In this document: piece by piece, positions 18,967 to 29,534 of the stretch
Layout: each line of letters starts with the position of its first letter
Numbering within the stretch: position 1 is the first letter of the stretch
Notes under the pieces: model-generated
What the model saw: the letters and a program-made list of their open reading frames with translations, nothing else
What the model was told of the DNA's origin: nothing
Databases searched by the model: none
Assembly (NCBI GenBank): GCA_001830395.1
Contig: MHZN01000269.1
Span: 1 to 45,156, forward strand
Length of the DNA stretch: 45,156 nucleotides
Source: Pseudomonadales bacterium RIFCSPLOWO2_12_59_9
GTDB taxonomy: Bacteria; Pseudomonadota; Gammaproteobacteria; Pseudomonadales; Pseudomonadaceae
Direction: 5' to 3'
Position numbers and translations under genes: made by a program

Positions 18967-18984
18967 AGTTAGTCCGTCCTTGGC

Positions 18985-20622
18985 TTAAAGAGCTGTGCTG
19001 GTGCTGATCTGGCTTAACTGGCGACCTTGCGTGTCATAGGTGTAAGTGGTGACGCGGCCGGGTTCAGTTACCGTCAGTGGTAAAAAGAAATCCGTGTGCC
19101 AAGTGGTCGTCGTGGTGCGCGCTTGCGGCGTGCCAGATGCTTCGGTGCGAGTGGTTTCTAGGCCTCGGTCGTTGTAGTCGTAACTGGTGACGAAACCCTT
19201 GTTATCGGTCTTGGTCTTGAGCAGGCCACGGGCGTCGTAGGTGAAGGTGGAGTTGCTATTAGGACAATTGGCCGATGCGGCGCCTGACAGCGAAGTGACG
19301 CGTGCTGCCCCCTGAATAGTTTGGAACGTGTAGGTGGCTGTCTTCAGTAGAGGATTGGTCAGGGTAGTGGAGCCATTACCGTTGTAGGCGAACAGGTATT
19401 TTTCGGCCCCGCCGTTGAGTTCACTTTTAGTGGCGCGGCCTTGCGCATCATAGGCCCAGGTGACGTAACGGATGTTGCGTTCATCGGTGATGCCGGTCAG
19501 CCAGCCGCCCTCGCGAGCGTCCTCATAGTGGTAAGTACGTGACAAAGTCTCTCCATTCTGAGTACGAGCTGCCTTGGTCACGCGGCCAGATGCGTTGTAG
19601 ATGTAGGCCACTTGTAGCGAGCCCGCAGTCAGCCCTGTCAGGCGCTTGCTGGTATTGAGTGTGAGGGTCATCGACCTACCGAGCGAGTCGGAGACCACAA
19701 TCTGGTTAGTGCCGTAGACCAGGGTTTCGTAAGTGCCGTTGGCACGCTCAATACGAGTCAACTGCCCCAGAGTATTGAAATATTGATGCTCATTTTGAGC
19801 ACTGTCGTAGCGCCACCCGGATGCAATTATCGCTAGACGCCCCAACTCTTTTGGAGACGCTGTGACCGTCGTGCCGGAGACGGTGAACAAGCTTTCGTGC
19901 CCATCTTCGCTGATCAGTAAGACCTTGGTCGGAGATACCTTCAGCTTGGCCGAGTAGGTATGGGTCCAGTTGGCTGTTTTGCTGTTGTAGAAGCGTGCAA
20001 AGCTCAGCTGTGTACCTGGAAGCCCTTTGTAGTCGACCTCGACCTGATAGCTATTGCCGTTGGAGACATTGATTGGGTCGCCCTGCGCTTGGCTGGGGGC
20101 GCCTGGCGCAGCGGCTTGAACGGGGCAAGCACCGGGAAGATCAGGATTGCCTATACCGCTGACCTCCGGGCAGAGCAACTCTGCGGAACGATCATAGAAA
20201 ACAGGGCCGGCAAAGACATCAAAGTGGGTCTGATTGGCTCCTGTATAACTCGTGGCTGCGACCCCATCGACTGAGCCCGTAAAATTGTCGTGAAGCACCA
20301 CTGCGTGGGTCTTACAAGTGTTGGGGAACACGCGGCGCATATTGGCGCTGGATTGTTTGAGCGTCGCCAGCATCTCATCGGGGGTGTACCAATTGCTGGT
20401 CTCTGTCCACTTGATAACCTTGCCGCTGGAACATTGCAGGCCCGCAATCTTGTACAGGTACTGCCCGGAGCCGTTCGGGGCTTGCGGGGCCGCATAGACC
20501 TCGGTGCCGAAGTAGCTGACGCCGCCGGTCGTACAGTTCACTGCCGCAGAGGCGGATTGGCAAACAATGGCACCGGCTGAAAAAACGAAAGCGAGACTGA
20601 GTTCGCGATAAGAACGATCCAT
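18985..20622 (-). CDS. Rhs protein, N-terminal half: signal peptide, Cys-rich variable domain, DUF6531, YD repeats
   Basis: MDRSYRELSLAFVFSAGAIVCQSASA; GDPINVSNGN..LSFARFYNS..WTHTY; YD repeats up to the stop; no Rhs core. Confidence 0.88.
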   Translation of the reverse strand: MDRSYRELSLAFVFSAGAIVCQSASAAVNCTTGGVSYFGTEVYAAPQAPNGSGQYLYKIAGLQCSSGKVIKWTETSNWYTPDEMLATLKQSSANMRRVFPNTCKTHAVVLHDNFTGSVDGVAATSYTGANQTHFDVFAGPVFYDRSAELLCPEVSGIGNPDLPGACPVQAAAPGAPSQAQGDPINVSNGNSYQVEVDYKGLPGTQLSFARFYNSKTANWTHTYSAKLKVSPTKVLLISEDGHESLFTVSGTTVTASPKELGRLAIIASGWRYDSAQNEHQYFNTLGQLTRIERANGTYETLVYGTNQIVVSDSLGRSMTLTLNTSKRLTGLTAGSLQVAYIYNASGRVTKAARTQNGETLSRTYHYEDAREGGWLTGITDERNIRYVTWAYDAQGRATKSELNGGAEKYLFAYNGNGSTTLTNPLLKTATYTFQTIQGAARVTSLSGAASANCPNSNSTFTYDARGLLKTKTDNKGFVTSYDYNDRGLETTRTEASGTPQARTTTTTWHTDFFLPLTVTEPGRVTTYTYDTQGRQLSQISTSTAL

Positions 20623-21024
20623 GTTCTGAATCCTGCAGTGGGTAAGGGAGGTGACGCACTGTAGCGATGGGGTTCAGGTTTGGCGATAAAACGATGAGAA
20701 AATTGAGCAGCTATATGCATTTAGCATTGTCGTAGCGCTCTCTGGGAAGCTTAAAGCCAAGCAATGCCGTTATGCACAACTCCTAAGCCACGCGACGGAA
20801 ATAGCCGCTCCAGCCCGACTGCGCTTGCCGTGCTGCAAGTGATGGCCGCAAGTCATAGCGTACAAGCGCAGTGCCTGGAGATAGTCGAGGTGAATGCCAC
20901 CCACCATGACGGCTACGCCTCGGCATGGACTGCATTGAGCAACCAACCCATTCTAGGAGGTCGATGCTTGCCAGCCCTTTCTTCAGCGGGGCAGAGGCAT
21001 CTGTGACCCTAACTCACCAGCGCT

Positions 21025-21294
21025 CGGCCAGCAGCACAGTCGAGCGGTGCTGCCCCCTTCTATTGGTCGTATTTCAAGCTCAGCGTTGACCCGCCACTCG
21101 GCGGCGCTGAGCTCGCGCGTTGCCTAATGTGTACTTGCGGTGGTTGAGCTTTGTTTGCTGGCTTACATTCGCAATGTATCTACATTACCCATCCGGCGTA
21201 ATTCGCCAAATTCCCCCAGGTAACCGAGCCCTTTAAGGTGCTCAAGCGCTGCGCGATCTGAAAGCCGCGATGCAATAGAGCGCAGTACCCGCAC
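21025..21294 (-). repeat. Diverged direct-repeat copy 1 (decayed paralog of 30446-30716)
   Basis: Shares identical blocks gcggtggttgagctttgtttgctg (24 nt) and tctacattacccatccggcgtaattcgcca (30 nt); indels break the reading frame. Confidence 0.9.
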
Positions 21295-21518
21295 AGAGGT
21301 AATAGTCTCCGACTCAACCTTCAGACCGTTACTGACACTACCTAGTGTTGTTAGTGGTACTGCAGAGCAACAACTGGTCCCATTCTGAGCACCCTAGCCA
21401 TATGCCCCGCTATTCGAATGATCGTCACCACTACACAAGCATGGCATCCACACTCGCCAGGCGAGTTCTAGCCAAGACGCAGCGCCTAAGAACAAGGCTT
21501 TCTTCATACGGTTTTTCT

Positions 21519-24500
21519 TCAAGGAATGCTGGATTCCGCGCTGAGCTGCCGCCGACGCATCAAGCGGTAGGCCGCGGGAATGACAAACAATGACAACAAG
21601 GGCGCGGTGAGCATGCCGCCGACCATTGGTGCAGCGATGCGGCTCATCACTTCGCTGCCGGTGCCACTGCCCAACAGGATCGGCAGCAGCCCAGCGATGA
21701 TCACCGCCACCGTCATGGCCTTGGGCCGCACGCGCTGCACGGCGCCTTCGCGAATCGCGGCGAGCAGTCCAGCTTCGCTGCTGTCACCGGAGTCCTCTCG
21801 CTCAGTCCAGGCGCTCTTTAGGTACAGAAGCATAATCACGCCAAACTCGGCGGCTACCCCGGCCAGGGCGATAAAGCCGACACCGGTGGCCACCGACAGA
21901 TTGAAGTTCAGCCAATAGAGAAACCACACCCCGCCCGTAAGGGCGAACGGTAACGAGGCCATGATCAACAGGGCCTCGTCGAAACGGCTGAACGTCAAGT
22001 AAAGCATCACAAAAATGATCAGCAGGGTCGCCGGCACCACCAGTTTGAGCCGGGCATTGGCCCGTTCGAGAAACTCGAATTGCCCCGAGTAGCTCAGGCT
22101 CATGCCCGGCTGCAACTTGACCTGCTCACCCACTGCTCGGCGTAGGTCGGCGACCACCGACGCTATATCGCGGCCCCGTACGTCGATATAGACCCAGCCG
22201 GAAGGTCTGGCGTTTTCGCTCTTCAACATGGGGGGACCATCACTAATCTTGATCTTCGCCACACTGCCAAGCGTGACCTGAGCGCCCTGCGCGGTATATA
22301 TCGGCAGTTGCTCCAGAGCATCGAGGGAGTCGCGCCACTCACGGGGGTAGCGCACGTTAATCGGGAAGCGTGCCAGCCCTTCGATGGTCTCACCGACGTT
22401 TTCACCGCCAATGGCGCTGGCCACGATCGACTGCACATCGGCAATATTCAGCCCATAGCGGGCGGCTGCCTGGCGGTCGATGTCCACGTCGATATAACGT
22501 CCGCCAGTCAGGCGCTCGGCCAGCGCCGAACTAACCCCAACAACACTTTTGGCGGCACGCTCGACGGCCTGGGTGACCTGGTCAATCTCCAGCAGATTAG
22601 TGCCTGCGACTTTGACCCCGATCGGGCTTTTGATCCCGGTGGCGAGCATGTCGATGCGGTTACGGATCGGTGGAATCCAGATATTAGTCAGCCCCGGCAC
22701 CCTAACCACCCGATCCAACTCATCCACCAGCATTTCCTGGGTCATCCCTGGCCGCCACTGCTCGCGCGGTTTGAACTGGATGGTGGTCTCGAACATCTCC
22801 AGCGGCGCCGGGTCGGTGGCAGTTTCAGCGCGTCCGGCTTTGCCAAACACGTGTTCGACCTCCGGCACCGTCTTGATCAGGCGGTCAGTCTGCTGGAGCA
22901 AGTGGAACGCTTTCTGCGTCGACAGCCCCGGCAGAGCCGACGGCATATAAAGCAGATCGCCCTCATCCAGCAGTGGTAGGAACTCACCGCCGAGACGCGA
23001 GATCGGCCACAGCGCACTGAGAAACACCAACAGCGCTACTAGCAGAGTGACTTTCGGCCAGCGCAGCACCGCGTCGAGGACCGGTTGATAGACCGCGATT
23101 AGCCAGCGGTTCAACGGGTTCTGTTGTTCCGTGGGAATCCTTCCGCGAATCCAGTAGCCCATCAGCACCGGCACCAGGGTCACCGACAACCCGGCCGCTG
23201 CCGCCATGGCATAAGTCTTGGTGAAGGCTAGCGGGCCAAACAAACGACCTTCCTGGGCTTCCAGGGTGAACACCGGGATGAATGACAGAGTGATGATCAA
23301 CAGGCAGAAGAACAGCGCCGGACCGACTTCCACCGCAGCTTCGGTCATCACCTGCCAGTGCTGCCCGCCTTTCAGCTCTTCGCCAGGGTGGGCCACATGC
23401 CAGGCCTCGATCTTCTTGTGGGCGTTCTCGATCATCACCACCGCAGCATCGACCATGGCACCGATAGCAATGGCGATCCCGCCGAGGGACATGATGTTGG
23501 CGTTGATGCCCTGATAGCGCATGACGATAAAGGCGATCAATACGCCAATCGGCAGCGAGATAATCGCGACGAGCGAAGAGCGTAAGTGCCAGAGAAAAGC
23601 TACGCAGACCAGGGCAACGACAATGAACTCCTCAAGCAGTTTGTGGCTGAGGTTGTCCACGGCGCGATCGATCAGCTTACTGCGATCGTAGGTGGTGACG
23701 ATTTCCACTCCGACCGGCAAGCTGCGCTTAAGGTCCTCGAGCTTAGCCTTGACCGCTGCGATGGTCTCGCGGGCGTTCTTGCCACTGCGCAGAATCACCA
23801 CACCGCCGACCGTTTCACCCTCACCGTCCAGCTCGCTGATGCCACGGCGCATTTCCGGTCCTTGTTGAACAGTGGCCACGTTGCCGAGTGTCACCGGCAC
23901 TCCCCCGGCCCCGAGCCTGAGAGGGATCGCGCGAAAGTCATTCAGCGTCTTCAAGTAGCCGGAGGCGCGCACCATGTACTCAGCCTCGGCCATCTCCAGT
24001 ACGGCACCACCGGTTTCTTGGTTGGCTTTACCAATGGCCTCGATCACCTCGGCCTGGGTGATACTCAGGCTGGCCAGCTTGAGCGGGTCAAGCACCACCT
24101 GATACTGCTTGACCATGCCGCCGATGGTCGCCACTTCAGCGACATTGGCTAGAGTCTTCAGCTCGAACTTTAGGAACCAGTCTTGCAGCGCGCGCAGTTG
24201 CGCCAGGTCGTGTCCACCGCTGCGATCCACTAGGGCGTACTGGTAAATCCAGCCCACGCCGGTGGCATCCGGCCCCAGGGCCGGTTTTGCGCTGGCCGGC
24301 AGGCGACTCTGGATCTGACTGAGGTACTCCAGCACCCGTGAGCGTGCCCAGTACAGGTCGGTGCCGTTCTCAAAGATGACATAGACGAAGCTGTCGCCGA
24401 AGAACGAGTAACCGCGGACCGTCTTAGCTCCCGGTACCGAGAGCATGGTAGTGGTAAGTGGATAGGTAACTTGGTTTTCGACGATCTGCGGTGCCTGGCC

Positions 24501-24662
24501 CGGATAAGGGGTGCGGATGATCACCTGCACGTCAGAGAGGTCGGGCAACGCATCAATCGGCGTATTCTGCACCGACCAGACACCCCAGGCGGTGACGAAC
24601 AGGGTGACCAGTAGCACCAGGAAACGGTTGGCCACCGACCAGCGAATAAGAGCGGCGATCAT
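21519..24662 (-). CDS. cusA: CusA/CzcA-family heavy-metal RND efflux transporter (Cu/Ag type)
   Basis: [56 protein letters not shown]. Confidence 0.96.
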   Translation of the reverse strand: MIAALIRWSVANRFLVLLVTLFVTAWGVWSVQNTPIDALPDLSDVQVIIRTPYPGQAPQIVENQVTYPLTTTMLSVPGAKTVRGYSFFGDSFVYVIFENGTDLYWARSRVLEYLSQIQSRLPASAKPALGPDATGVGWIYQYALVDRSGGHDLAQLRALQDWFLKFELKTLANVAEVATIGGMVKQYQVVLDPLKLASLSITQAEVIEAIGKANQETGGAVLEMAEAEYMVRASGYLKTLNDFRAIPLRLGAGGVPVTLGNVATVQQGPEMRRGISELDGEGETVGGVVILRSGKNARETIAAVKAKLEDLKRSLPVGVEIVTTYDRSKLIDRAVDNLSHKLLEEFIVVALVCVAFLWHLRSSLVAIISLPIGVLIAFIVMRYQGINANIMSLGGIAIAIGAMVDAAVVMIENAHKKIEAWHVAHPGEELKGGQHWQVMTEAAVEVGPALFFCLLIITLSFIPVFTLEAQEGRLFGPLAFTKTYAMAAAAGLSVTLVPVLMGYWIRGRIPTEQQNPLNRWLIAVYQPVLDAVLRWPKVTLLVALLVFLSALWPISRLGGEFLPLLDEGDLLYMPSALPGLSTQKAFHLLQQTDRLIKTVPEVEHVFGKAGRAETATDPAPLEMFETTIQFKPREQWRPGMTQEMLVDELDRVVRVPGLTNIWIPPIRNRIDMLATGIKSPIGVKVAGTNLLEIDQVTQAVERAAKSVVGVSSALAERLTGGRYIDVDIDRQAAARYGLNIADVQSIVASAIGGENVGETIEGLARFPINVRYPREWRDSLDALEQLPIYTAQGAQVTLGSVAKIKISDGPPMLKSENARPSGWVYIDVRGRDIASVVADLRRAVGEQVKLQPGMSLSYSGQFEFLERANARLKLVVPATLLIIFVMLYLTFSRFDEALLIMASLPFALTGGVWFLYWLNFNLSVATGVGFIALAGVAAEFGVIMLLYLKSAWTEREDSGDSSEAGLLAAIREGAVQRVRPKAMTVAVIIAGLLPILLGSGTGSEVMSRIAAPMVGGMLTAPLLSLFVIPAAYRLMRRRQLSAESSIP

Positions 24663-26152
24663 GGCTGCTCTCCGAGCTTCTCCAAGCGCTCAACCTGCAA
24701 TCCAGCGTCAGTTTGGCTCACTGCCACCCGCACCTTGTCACCAGCCTTGAAGCCCTCCGCCAGCATGGGAGCCGCCAGCTGAAAGGTCATGGTCATTCCG
24801 GGCATACCCAGGGTCTTGAACGGACCATGGGCGATGGTCACGCCCTCGTGTTTGATCTCAACAATCTGCCCCTCGGCCTCATGCAAGACGGGACTGGCTG
24901 CGGCCGGCATCGGCGCAGCAATTGAGACTAAACCTTTGAGGCTGGCTTCGGAGTCGAGCAAAAACTGTCCGGAAGCAACCACCTGCTGCCCCTCCTCAAG
25001 CCCTTGCAGCACCACCGTTTTGCCGTCGCTTTCCCGTCCGAGCTGCACGTCGACTGGGCGATAGCGCCCGCCAGCTTCGGCGAGCATTACCAAAGCACGG
25101 CGGCCGGTGCGGATCACGGCTTCGCTCGGCAGCCACAACAGGTCTTGCTCGCCAGGACGATTCAGGCGCACCTGCGCCGTCAAGCCCGGCCGCAAGCGAC
25201 CGTCCGGGTTGGGCAGTTCGACCCGCACCCGAAGCGTACGACTGTCGGCATTTGCCTCGGGCAAGATGGCACCGACCTTGCCACTGAGCACTTCGCCAGG
25301 AAAGGCTGGTAGACGTGCCTCGACCGTCTGACCAATCGCAAGAGTGCCCGCTTGTGCCTCTGGAACGGCCACCGCGAGCCAGACGCTGTCCATGCCATTG
25401 ACGCGGGCCAAAGTGTCGCCAGCCGCCACACTCATCCCCGCACGCACATTGAGTTCCTGCAACACACCGTCAATCGGACTGCTGATGGTCAGGATGGGCT
25501 GGGCCTTTCCGCTACGTTCTACCTGGGCAATCAGTGCCGCTGGTATCCCCAAGAGGCGCAGCCGATGGCGTGCTGCTACCAACAAGTCAGTATCGCCATT
25601 ACGCTTCAGGGCGAGGAATTCTTCCTGGGCGGCGGCCCATTCCGGTACCAAAAGGTCAGCCAATGGTGCATTGGCTTTAAGCAAATCGCCTGGAGCACGG
25701 GCATACACGTGCTCGACAAAACCTGCGGTTCGCGCCTGCACCACGGCGATATCCCGCTCGTTGAACGTCAACACGCCAACCACCTCCTGGCTGCTGGCGA
25801 CGGCCCCGCGAGTCACCTTGGCCAGACGCAGGCCGAGATTTTGGGTCAGACTGGGGTCAATGCTGATGGTCGCGCGGTCCCCAGCGGCATCGGCGCTATC
25901 TTCTTCGGCATAGCGCGGCACCAGCTGCATGTCCATGAAGGGTGACTTCCCTGGTTTATCAAACCTCTGCTGCGGGGACATCGGGTCGTACCAATACAGC
26001 ACCGGGCGCTGCTCTGGCGTGCTGCTGACCGGCTCAATTGGCGCCCTGGGTACTGCTGGCTGGTGCTGTTGAGCAAACCAGTAGCCGCCGACGACGCCCA
26101 AGGTGATCGACACACCAGCCAACATCACTGCGCTGTAGATTCGGCGGCTCAT
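24659..26152 (-). CDS. cusB: CusB-type periplasmic adaptor with fused C-terminal CusF-like domain
   Basis: [22 protein letters not shown]; MFP core; [12 protein letters not shown]; C-terminal [19 protein letters not shown]. Confidence 0.92.
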   Translation of the reverse strand: MSRRIYSAVMLAGVSITLGVVGGYWFAQQHQPAVPRAPIEPVSSTPEQRPVLYWYDPMSPQQRFDKPGKSPFMDMQLVPRYAEEDSADAAGDRATISIDPSLTQNLGLRLAKVTRGAVASSQEVVGVLTFNERDIAVVQARTAGFVEHVYARAPGDLLKANAPLADLLVPEWAAAQEEFLALKRNGDTDLLVAARHRLRLLGIPAALIAQVERSGKAQPILTISSPIDGVLQELNVRAGMSVAAGDTLARVNGMDSVWLAVAVPEAQAGTLAIGQTVEARLPAFPGEVLSGKVGAILPEANADSRTLRVRVELPNPDGRLRPGLTAQVRLNRPGEQDLLWLPSEAVIRTGRRALVMLAEAGGRYRPVDVQLGRESDGKTVVLQGLEEGQQVVASGQFLLDSEASLKGLVSIAAPMPAAASPVLHEAEGQIVEIKHEGVTIAHGPFKTLGMPGMTMTFQLAAPMLAEGFKAGDKVRVAVSQTDAGLQVERLEKLGEQP

Positions 26153-27405
26153 TGGCTGGTATCCCCATAACTGAAATGCAACTGGGCACTGATCAGCGCC
26201 CGTTGTTCTTCGAAATCAATCTGTTTGAGGCGCGCTTCGATCAACTCGCGTCGAGCGTCGATAACGCTCGCCAGCTCACCTTTACCAGCGCGGTAACTGG
26301 CCATGCTCAGCTCAACTTTTTCTTTGGCCAACGGTAGCAAGCGGTCCTGACTGCGACGCACGGCTCGCTCAAGGCGCAGGTAGTTGGCCAGGTCATCCTC
26401 CAGTTGCTGCGCATGCTCGCGACGGATGACTTCACGCTCGGCCTCCAACTGGTTCAGTTCGGCATGCCGGGCCGAGATCTTGGGGTCCTGCCGGGAACCG
26501 GGAAATATCGGTAGATCGACGCTGAACTGCACGCTCACCATGTCGCCAAACTCTCGGCCCCGCTGCTGGTAATCGACCTCCCAACTCCAGTCGGAGTCTT
26601 TGTCAGCCTCCGCTTCACGCACCTTGGCCTCAGCCTCGCGGGTAATAGGGACGAAGGCTGCCAGTGCAGGGTGATGGAGTAGCTGATCACTGTAGCCAGC
26701 GGTATTGATTGACCATTGCGGCCAACTGCCTGCCAGCGGTTCATTAGCGGCCGGTCCAATCCAGCGTTTAAGAGCCGCACGGGCCTGGCTGCGCAAGCGG
26801 ACCAACTCGTCTTGTTGCTCTTCCAGTAGTGCGGCCTCCTGTTTTGTGGTCACGGCATCGACGGGCTGTGCACGTCCACCAGCGATCTGCGCGCGGACAC
26901 TATCGGCCAGCAAGCGGTTCTCACGGAAGAAGTCCTCGAACAGCGCCTGCTTGCGCTCCACCGAGTAACTGCTGATCCACGCCAGTGCGGTGGCCTGGCG
27001 AACATTGAAGCGCTCCACCTGGCGCTCTGCGGTGGCCCGGTCAATGGCGGCCTCGGCCACCTCAATGCGCGCCCGGCGCTTGTCGCGGTCGGTCACCTCC
27101 TGCATGACCCCAACCATGCGCATGGTCATGAAGTCCTGGTCGATACTCCAACGGTCGGGACCACCAATGGGATAGTTCTGCACACCCAGCAGCAACTTGG
27201 GATCGGGCAACTCCCCGGCAGGCATGGCGGCACTGGTGGCAGCTTGCAGCTTGGCCGTTTGGGCGCTCAACGAAGGGGCATTGTCTTCAGCCAACCGTAA
27301 GGCTTCGGCGAGGGTCAGTGGCGCAGCCAAGCTCGGCAATGCCAACACGATTGCCACCAGGGCAGCCGCAGCGGGCCATCCAGTGCAATAGCGATTGCAG
27401 TTCAT
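26149..27405 (-). CDS. cusC: TolC-family outer-membrane efflux channel
   Basis: Signal peptide, ELPDPKL..MTMRMVGVMQE, helical OEP repeats; 4-bp overlap with cusB; cagga RBS before ATG 27405. Confidence 0.88.
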   Translation of the reverse strand: MNCNRYCTGWPAAAALVAIVLALPSLAAPLTLAEALRLAEDNAPSLSAQTAKLQAATSAAMPAGELPDPKLLLGVQNYPIGGPDRWSIDQDFMTMRMVGVMQEVTDRDKRRARIEVAEAAIDRATAERQVERFNVRQATALAWISSYSVERKQALFEDFFRENRLLADSVRAQIAGGRAQPVDAVTTKQEAALLEEQQDELVRLRSQARAALKRWIGPAANEPLAGSWPQWSINTAGYSDQLLHHPALAAFVPITREAEAKVREAEADKDSDWSWEVDYQQRGREFGDMVSVQFSVDLPIFPGSRQDPKISARHAELNQLEAEREVIRREHAQQLEDDLANYLRLERAVRRSQDRLLPLAKEKVELSMASYRAGKGELASVIDARRELIEARLKQIDFEEQRALISAQLHFSYGDTSQ

Positions 27406-27411
27406 GTTGTG

Positions 27412-27505
27412 GATTCCTGTGATCATTCGCTGCATGCAACGCAAACGCGCACGCATGCCAACCTTTTCGCCAAGGCGAAAAAGACATCAATGTTTAGCAG
27501 GAATC
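27412..27505 (-). promoter_or_regulatory. Structured leader that can sequester the cusC Shine-Dalgarno
   Basis: On the mRNA, GAUUCCUG at the uORF stop pairs perfectly with CAGGAAUC (SD). Internal hairpins are ttttcgcc/ggcgaaaa and gcatgc..gcatgc. Confidence 0.6.
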
Positions 27506-27845
27506 AAACGCGGGGCGGTCGCCATACCCCGGAAGGGGTCTGAATAGGCAGCAAGGTGCTGGAGAGGGAAATCACAACGGGACAAGACAAGGCGACTGGA
27601 GGATTCATCGTAGCTACTTGCAGCAAGCTAGCACTCTTGCATTCCTGACCCGACTTACAGGGCTTGCCGTGCTCGGATGGGCCACCCATATCCTGGCAAC
27701 AGTCCGCCGCTGTATCTGCCATTGTCACCATGCCTGCAGCTTTCATCGGGCAAGGATTTACCTGCACTTGGACACCCGCCATCCCGCTCAAGGGAAGAGC
27801 TAGGCTGATCAGAAAAACAAGGCAAAGTTGCAGAGAGCGTTTCAT
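27504..27845 (-). CDS. CopL/DUF2946-like Cys/Met-rich leader protein with C-terminal RPP motif
   Basis: Signal-like N-terminus, CPM..M..M..DCC.DM..H..CK..QEC, ends SGVWRPPRV; directly upstream of cusC. Confidence 0.75.
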   Translation of the reverse strand: MKRSLQLCLVFLISLALPLSGMAGVQVQVNPCPMKAAGMVTMADTAADCCQDMGGPSEHGKPCKSGQECKSASLLQVATMNPPVALSCPVVISLSSTLLPIQTPSGVWRPPRV

Positions 27846-28033
27846 GCTTCTCAGTCTAGTCACCGATGTCGTGCTCAACAATGCACAGGATAACCATTGA
27901 TGCTGAAAAACCAGCACAAATCAGCTGGAGCTGAGAAGGGTCTACTGTACGGTGCTTCGCGTTTGTCCCGCCGTCTAAGAAAGAGTGGAACATCCGAGGC
28001 GCAGAAAGCGCACTTAGCGATGGAATTGAGCGA

Positions 28034-29083
28034 ATGAACTGGAAGAAAGGGCTTGGGCAACCCGGCGTATTGGCAGCTCTCGGGGCTGCCGTACTCTTCG
28101 GGGCTGGTACGCCATTGGCGAAACTGCTGTTGAATAGCGTCAGCCCTTGGTTACTGGCGGGGCTGTTATACCTGGGGTCAGGGCTGGGGCTAACGCTCTA
28201 TCGCGTACTGAGCGGCGCGCCAAGCGTAAAGCTTCCGCGCCAGGAAACACTCTGGTTTGCGGGTGCAATTGCAGCTGGCGGCGTTGTGGGGCCGGTGCTG
28301 TTGATGGTTGGGCTAACCGGCATGCCGGCATCCGGCGCGTCACTGCTGCTGAATGCCGAAGGCGTGTTTACCGCGCTGCTCGCATGGTTCGCTTTCAGGG
28401 AGAACTTTGACCGGCATATTGCTTTGGGTATGGCCGCCATAGTGGCCGGCGCGCTCGTCCTGAGTTGGCCAGGCGAAGCGCATTTCGCCGGTCTATGGCC
28501 AGCACTGGCAATCTTGGGCGCTTGCTTTGCCTGGGGCATCGATAACAACCTGACCCGCAAGGTGTCGCTGACAGACGCGACCTGGATTGCTTCGATTAAA
28601 GGCTTGGGCGCGGGCTCGGTCAATCTGGCCTTGGCTTTGGTGGTGGGGGCGACGTTACCGCCGCTGCCTAACTTGGCCGGCGCGATGATAGTAGGCTTTC
28701 TTGCCTATGGCGTGAGCTTGGCGTTGTTCATCATCGGCCTGCGCCACTTGGGCACCGCCCGTACGGGAGCTTACTTCTCTGTGGCTCCGTTTCTGGGAAC
28801 ACTGCTTGCGGTTGCAATGGGCGACCCCGTTACGCTGCCGCTGTTAATTGCTGGATCGCTAATGGCCGTTGGCATCTGGCTGCACCTGACCGAGCGCCAT
28901 GAACATGAACACCGACACGAGACGCTGGAACATGAGCACGAGCATGCCCACGACGAACACCACCAACACCCACACGATGAACCCATCGCGCCGAACACCA
29001 AACACCGACACCGGCATCAACACGAGCCACTGACCCATTGCCATCCGCACTTTCCTGACGCGCATCACCGGCACAATCATTAA
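28034..29083 (+). CDS. DMT/EamA-family transporter with His-rich C-terminal tail
   Basis: About 10 TM helices in two EamA repeats; tail HEHEHRH...HFPDAHHRHNH. Confidence 0.9.
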   Translation: MNWKKGLGQPGVLAALGAAVLFGAGTPLAKLLLNSVSPWLLAGLLYLGSGLGLTLYRVLSGAPSVKLPRQETLWFAGAIAAGGVVGPVLLMVGLTGMPASGASLLLNAEGVFTALLAWFAFRENFDRHIALGMAAIVAGALVLSWPGEAHFAGLWPALAILGACFAWGIDNNLTRKVSLTDATWIASIKGLGAGSVNLALALVVGATLPPLPNLAGAMIVGFLAYGVSLALFIIGLRHLGTARTGAYFSVAPFLGTLLAVAMGDPVTLPLLIAGSLMAVGIWLHLTERHEHEHRHETLEHEHEHAHDEHHQHPHDEPIAPNTKHRHRHQHEPLTHCHPHFPDAHHRHNH

Positions 29084-29099
29084 GAGTGATGTGGCTGAC

Positions 29100-29450
29100 T
29101 TAGAACACCAGCACTTTGTCAGCTTCGGCCGTCCAGTCGGCCAACTGGGCAAGGGTTGACCGTTTGGCGCCGTCGACCATGTCGGCGTCGATCATCCCAC
29201 GCGCATCCATGCAGGTGCCGCACAGCCCAACCTCGCCGGAGCGAAGTACTTTACCCAGCATCAGCGCCACGTTGTAATAGCCTTGGGGCAACTTCTGCCC
29301 GCTGCGGGCACAGCCAACAGCGTCGGCCAACAAGAACACCCGGACTTGCTGACCTTCACGGGCGCAGAGTGCGCCAGCCAGGCGCAGGGCGTTGTAGGCG
29401 CGCTCATTACCGTAGGGGCCATCATTGATGATGAACAAGGTAGAACCCAT
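29100..29450 (-). CDS. DsrE/YchN-family protein
   Basis: PYGNERAYNALRLA, VFLLADAV, LCGTCMDARG, ADKVLVF. Confidence 0.88.
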   Translation of the reverse strand: MGSTLFIINDGPYGNERAYNALRLAGALCAREGQQVRVFLLADAVGCARSGQKLPQGYYNVALMLGKVLRSGEVGLCGTCMDARGMIDADMVDGAKRSTLAQLADWTAEADKVLVF

Positions 29451-29534
29451 GACCTGTCTCCTATCTTGCGGCTAAAGCCGACTATCGACAGCCGGCTATT
29501 TCTACTGGATGCAGCGAACGCTCATCTTCAAGCG

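Noticed and set aside
18967-18987. Sequencing error or nonsense mutation explaining the Rhs split
   Set aside because: The second ORF has its own RBS and a full signal peptide, which a point error would not create
21394-21507. 37-aa ORF after cusA (MKKALFLGAA...) as cusF
   Set aside because: Begins like a signal peptide but has no CusF motif; possibly a truncated stub. A CusF-like domain is already fused to CusB.
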